Positions 60,528-64,000 of a stretch of 64,000 nucleotides of DNA are shown piece by piece (positions within the stretch are counted from its first letter, which is position 1; each line of letters begins with the position of its first letter). Made by a program: the position numbers and the translations under genes. Origin of the DNA: Elusimicrobiota bacterium (GTDB lineage Bacteria; Elusimicrobiota; Endomicrobiia; Endomicrobiales; JBDRNC01); contig JBDRNC010000039.1 of NCBI GenBank assembly GCA_043811535.1, forward strand, positions 92,687 to 156,686, in the 5' to 3' direction. The notes under the pieces were generated by a model. The model was given only the letters and a program-made list of their open reading frames with translations. It did not search any database and was not told where the DNA came from.

Positions 60528-62021
60528 CTACCCTATGTTAGGCGTTTCAGCGACTGCGTCTGCTTCAGGCGTGAATTTTTTTGTCCTGTCAATTATGATT
60601 TCGCCGGTTTTTTCAAGATCTCTCGCCAGCGTGGAGATTTGGCGCTGCTCGTCGCTTATTTTCTTTTCGGGGACCTCGCCGAGCAGGTCTATCTGTTCCG
60701 CCAGCATGGCCTGCGCTCCTTCAGTGAGGCAGTCCATGACTTTCATTTTTATATCTTCATTACTGGTTTTCATCGCTACGGCGAAAGACAGATTGCGCCG
60801 CTGGGCTTCGCGTATAAGGCGCTGAAGAGCGGTTTTGTCAAGAATAACGACATCCTCAAAGAAGAACAGCGAGCGGCTGAGGCGTTCCGCGAGCGCGGGA
60901 TTTTCGCGTTCAACGGTCTTAAGGATATTTTCCTGAGTTTCCCTGTCAACCTGATCAAGCAGGCCGAGGAAGTACTCTTCCCCTCCGAGCAGGTAATCGA
61001 TCTTGCTTTTTATGTCGTGTTCGATAACTTCAACCTGATTGGCGTCAAAAAGCTTTGTTTGTGAAACATTTATTGCGACCTGCGACTGGGTGGTCGGAGT
61101 AAGCGAAGCCAGCACCTGTGAAGCGTGCTGAGTCGGGAGATAGCTGATAACCACGGCTATCTTCTCGGGAAGCTCTTTTCTGAGCAGATAAATAAGGTTT
61201 TTGATATTTCCTTCGTTTACGAATCCGAAACGTTTGACCGCGCCCGATGATTCCCTTTCATGTCCCATGGAAGGATATTTATTTTCCATGCGGTCCGCGG
61301 GCCCTCCCGGAAGAAGAGGACCTGCCGCGCCCCCGCCCTGTCCTCCCATAAGGTTTAACGATTCGCTGGATTTTATCCTGGTTTCGGCGTCTATCCTGAT
61401 TTCCATGGCTTTGACTATGGTTTTAAAGAAACTTCTCATGGGCCCGAACAGGAATAATGTTATGAGGAAAAGCGTTACCAGCCAGTATATGTGGCCCGAA
61501 GACTGCTCCATGTACTCCTTGAAGCCGTAAGACGGCCTGGCAAAAAGGATTTTCTGAACGTTGATCACGTCCCCTCTCATAGCGTTCAAACTAAGCAGAA
61601 TATTGACCTCGGATTTGATCCTGTTCACGAGATCGTCGGGAACCGTCTGGTCAAGAGTGACAAGGATCGTTATCCTCTTGACGGAAAGGCCCTGCGATGC
61701 CGGAGAGACATTGTCGATGGGGTAATATGAATATGTTATGCCCGGCAGGAACTCTTCTTCCGACATTTTCGATCCCGGGTAAGCGGCGCTCATGATCGTC
61801 GCCGCCTTTTCCTGCTCGAGGTCTACCGTCACGAGAACGACTGAATCTTTTGAGCCTATGATCTTTTCTATGAGGCGTTCGGTTTTTTCCTGTATGGATT
61901 TTTCAAGGGCCAGTTTTTCTTCTATTATTGCCGCGCCTACGGCAACGCAAAAGAACAGCGGTAACAAAAATACGAAGATACGCGGAATCAAACGCTGCGC
62001 CAAAGGATTTCTTGTTTTCAT
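60528..62021 (-). CDS. FliF-like ring domain / TM / FliG middle + C-terminal fusion protein
   Basis: Signal or TM aa ~14-31; aa ~35-160 resemble FliF RBM3 (LIEKIIG..SVVLVTVDL, LPG, VKRITILVTLD, LNAMRGDVINV...F); TM aa ~178-193; FliG-like LRKELPEKIAVVISYL, GG linker, LFFFED, LQRLIRE, AVAMK, EQ..I...ARDLEKTGEI. Confidence 0.82.
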   Translation of the reverse strand: MKTRNPLAQRLIPRIFVFLLPLFFCVAVGAAIIEEKLALEKSIQEKTERLIEKIIGSKDSVVLVTVDLEQEKAATIMSAAYPGSKMSEEEFLPGITYSYYPIDNVSPASQGLSVKRITILVTLDQTVPDDLVNRIKSEVNILLSLNAMRGDVINVQKILFARPSYGFKEYMEQSSGHIYWLVTLFLITLFLFGPMRSFFKTIVKAMEIRIDAETRIKSSESLNLMGGQGGGAAGPLLPGGPADRMENKYPSMGHERESSGAVKRFGFVNEGNIKNLIYLLRKELPEKIAVVISYLPTQHASQVLASLTPTTQSQVAINVSQTKLFDANQVEVIEHDIKSKIDYLLGGEEYFLGLLDQVDRETQENILKTVERENPALAERLSRSLFFFEDVVILDKTALQRLIREAQRRNLSFAVAMKTSNEDIKMKVMDCLTEGAQAMLAEQIDLLGEVPEKKISDEQRQISTLARDLEKTGEIIIDRTKKFTPEADAVAETPNIG

Positions 62022-62035
62022 TCAATACCTCATTA

Positions 62036-63619
62036 TCACTGACTCTTTAATTTATTAATAAGCTCTTCTATTTTCGGGTCAGACTGCAATTCCTGGGCTT
62101 TCTCCCACGTTGAGAGCGCTTTTTCCTTCTCTCCGAGCGCGAAGAAGGCGGAGCCAAGGCGTTTCAAGGCAAGAATATTTTGCGGCTCAAGCACGAGCAC
62201 GTCTTCGCAAAGCTGTATTACCCGCGAATAGTCCTTCTTGCGGAAAGCGATAAGGCTCTCGAAAAGTTTCTGATCCACGATGGACATTCCCGAAACGGGT
62301 TTCGAGTAATCGGCCTTAAGACCTGTTTTTTCCTCTATGCGGCTGAGCACGCGCGAAATGGTGAAGTTATCCGGTTCCGTTGACAGAGAATAAGCCACGG
62401 TTTTCACCGCCGACTGGCCGTCGCCTTCTATGAAGTATGTTATGCCGCGGCGAAGAAGGTCCGAAGTCTTGTCCGGGCTTATCACCTGCGGGACTATCGG
62501 CGTCAGCAGTCCTATCCTGTCAAGATAGAGAGGAACATCAATGTCCTTCGGGTCTATGTTCTGCGATTGCGTGAATTTATCGTATGATTGTTTGTAAAGG
62601 CCTCTGCGGTAAAGCGCGATGGCGTTCTGGAATATTTCGCGGAACTTTTCAGCAATCATATCGCGCTCTGCTTCTTCGGCCGGCGTCATTGTGCCCTCAG
62701 CCTCATCCGGCCCCGTCTTCCTAAGCTCGCCAAGAGTTGCTCCGAACTTTGTATTGAAAGATACCCTGTGCGAAGAACCGAGGTAGTGGAGCGCCATAGC
62801 GTAATCCAATTTGAAGTTTTTCCAGTTTACGCCGAATCCGGCGGCGGTTTCGTCCTGGTTGCGCCCAAGCCGCACCGTGAACATCTTGTTTATCGCGCTC
62901 TCCGCGCCTATGGCGAAAGTGTCTATCGCCGCGCTGCGCGATTTACGCCCGATATCAAAAGCTATTAGCAGCCTGTCTCCGAACAACTTGTAGGCGGTTC
63001 CTATCTTGAAGACGATCGGAAGCTTGTCGTCGGTTTCGCTCAGCATTCCCGATATCACGTTCTGCAGCGTAAGCCCGACGGTCGGATTCCTGTTTTTTCC
63101 CATCGGGATATACAGCCCCGTATCGAACGTGAATGCGTTCTGGGCGAATGTGTCCAGAGTAAGGCTCATGAATTTTCCGGTCGCGCCCCAGAAGATATTC
63201 CTGTGAAGGTTCTTTCCGTATGAAAGGCCGACCGCGATCTGGCTGTGGTTAAAAGAGCCCACGCTTACGTTATTATCGTCGCGTTTATCCGCGTTTCCTG
63301 AGAAGAGCCGGACCAGGCTTGCACCAAAAACGCCTTTATTCAGCGTCGGGTGCACGTATCCGAGAAAACTGAAAGAGGTTTCTTCCCATAGAATGGAATG
63401 GAATGTGGCGAGCTCCTTGCTCTCAAGAGTTCCGAGCGCTCCGGGGTTCCAGTAGAGCGCGAAAGCGTCATTTACCGCGCCCACTGAGGCGTTACCCATG
63501 CCCATCGCGCGCCCGCCGGCTCCCCAATACATGAATCCGCCCGGCTCACCGGCTGCGTAAGCAGCCGGAAGATGGAAGATAGAAGATAGAAGAAGGAAGC
63601 AGACAATTTTTTTAATCAT
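62036..63619 (-). CDS. PorV/UPF0164-like outer-membrane beta-barrel with C-terminal TPR domain
   Basis: Signal peptide (AYA-A), GAGGRAMGMG..S..A..D....YWNPG motif, amphipathic strands ending HRVSFNTKF, then TPR-like helices (ALKRLGSAFFALGEKEKALSTWEKAQELQ). Confidence 0.82.
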   Translation of the reverse strand: MIKKIVCFLLLSSIFHLPAAYAAGEPGGFMYWGAGGRAMGMGNASVGAVNDAFALYWNPGALGTLESKELATFHSILWEETSFSFLGYVHPTLNKGVFGASLVRLFSGNADKRDDNNVSVGSFNHSQIAVGLSYGKNLHRNIFWGATGKFMSLTLDTFAQNAFTFDTGLYIPMGKNRNPTVGLTLQNVISGMLSETDDKLPIVFKIGTAYKLFGDRLLIAFDIGRKSRSAAIDTFAIGAESAINKMFTVRLGRNQDETAAGFGVNWKNFKLDYAMALHYLGSSHRVSFNTKFGATLGELRKTGPDEAEGTMTPAEEAERDMIAEKFREIFQNAIALYRRGLYKQSYDKFTQSQNIDPKDIDVPLYLDRIGLLTPIVPQVISPDKTSDLLRRGITYFIEGDGQSAVKTVAYSLSTEPDNFTISRVLSRIEEKTGLKADYSKPVSGMSIVDQKLFESLIAFRKKDYSRVIQLCEDVLVLEPQNILALKRLGSAFFALGEKEKALSTWEKAQELQSDPKIEELINKLKSQ

Positions 63620-63860
63620 TTTATTGCTTTTAAATAACCACTCAGCATTTTTGTTATTTCCTGTAAAAATCCATATAATCTTTCATATTCAGGCATTGTC
63701 AAATAATTTTGCTTAACAGATAATTGAATTAGGGCGATGCATTCAAAAGCTGATGACCTCGATATCCTCAAGAATTGCGAAGTATCTTTAGAATGTATCC
63801 TGCCTGTGCCTTCAGCCAGATTTGCCAATATAGAAACAGCTGCCCTTCTAAGTTGGCTGA
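63616..63860 (-). pseudogene. 3' remnant of a four-helix-bundle (23S rRNA IVP-like) gene, interrupted by the IS
   Basis: Reading frame SQLRRAAVSILANLAEG...FLRISRSSAFEC...EITKMLSGY begins exactly at the IS boundary; the N-terminal part is missing. Confidence 0.85.
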
Positions 63861-64000
63861 GTGATACTCCGCCGGCAGGAGCCGGCGGCTTCTTTCGCGT
63901 TCTTTAGAAATTGAGTTTCAGTTGCCCTGTGTCTTCTTTGAACTGATGCTCTACATAGGCGAGAATTTCCTTTTCGTTCATCCCTATGCATGATATACAG
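63861..64000 (-). mobile_element. IS200/IS605-family element, right end (element continues beyond the window)
   Basis: After the tnpA stop, minus strand GAAG-CCGCCGGC-tcct-GCCGGCGG-agta-TCAC: a subterminal hairpin ending in a TCAC cleavage tetranucleotide, typical of the family. Confidence 0.85.
63904..64000 (-). CDS. tnpA: IS200/IS605 HUH (Y1) transposase, C-terminal fragment
   Basis: Manual translation ...CISCIGMNEKEILAYVEHQFKEDTGQLKLNF*, matching the helix with the catalytic Tyr (Y..xQ). Confidence 0.8.
   Translation of the reverse strand, partial: CISCIGMNEKEILAYVEHQFKEDTGQLKLNF

Noticed and set aside
58304..62021. Ordinary flagellar motor operon
   Set aside because: FliF and FliG are fused and truncated, the EHPQ motif and torque charges are altered, there are two motB genes, and no other flagellar genes are nearby. 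Genes elsewhere in the genome cannot be excluded from this window.
410..63206. Numerous plus-strand ORFs in the track (e.g. 34510..35199, 35870..36751, 41481..42227, 59244..59915)
   Set aside because: They lie antisense to well-recognised genes and show no family motifs; they are shadow frames. 35870..36751 also reads through the MITE-like element.
63616..63860. Diversity-generating retroelement (Avd is a four-helix-bundle relative)
   Set aside because: No reverse transcriptase or template/variable repeat pair was seen in the window, and the gene is IS-interrupted.
1..64000. tRNA or rRNA genes
   Set aside because: No cloverleaf, T-loop or rRNA signature was recognised in any intergenic region by eye.

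Overview
A 64-kb bacterial chromosome segment in which every credible gene lies on the minus strand. Gene content (PorV-like barrel, LptD-like protein, kdsD, flagellum-less mot genes, repeat style) suggests a diderm such as Elusimicrobiota; this is inference. In transcription order (right to left): (1) the 3' end of an IS200/IS605 tnpA element inserted into a four-helix-bundle gene; (2) a tightly coupled six-gene locus encoding a PorV/UPF0164-like outer-membrane barrel with a TPR tail, a single polypeptide fusing a FliF-like periplasmic ring domain and a TM helix to FliG middle and C-terminal rotor domains, MotA, two different MotB paralogs and a long coiled-coil protein, with no other flagellar genes in the window. 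This is the best candidate for an undescribed non-flagellar ion-driven motor or secretion machine; (3) housekeeping genes trxA-tlpA-trxB, polA-coaE, rho, rpmE, prfA-prmC-murA, his and trp genes (with lepB and kdsD interspersed), accD-folC-ROK-lptD; (4) a ~27-kb surface-glycan region with wzz, rml, ugd and uxs genes, a B12-radical-SAM/GT2/GT-C module, and a MarR-regulated nonulosonic acid (pseB/pseC, NeuA/NeuB-like) cluster with tailoring enzymes. Many intergenic spacers hold short-period (mostly 7-8 nt) repeat arrays, REP-like hairpins or MITE-like elements. All protein assignments come from manual motif recognition, not database searches.
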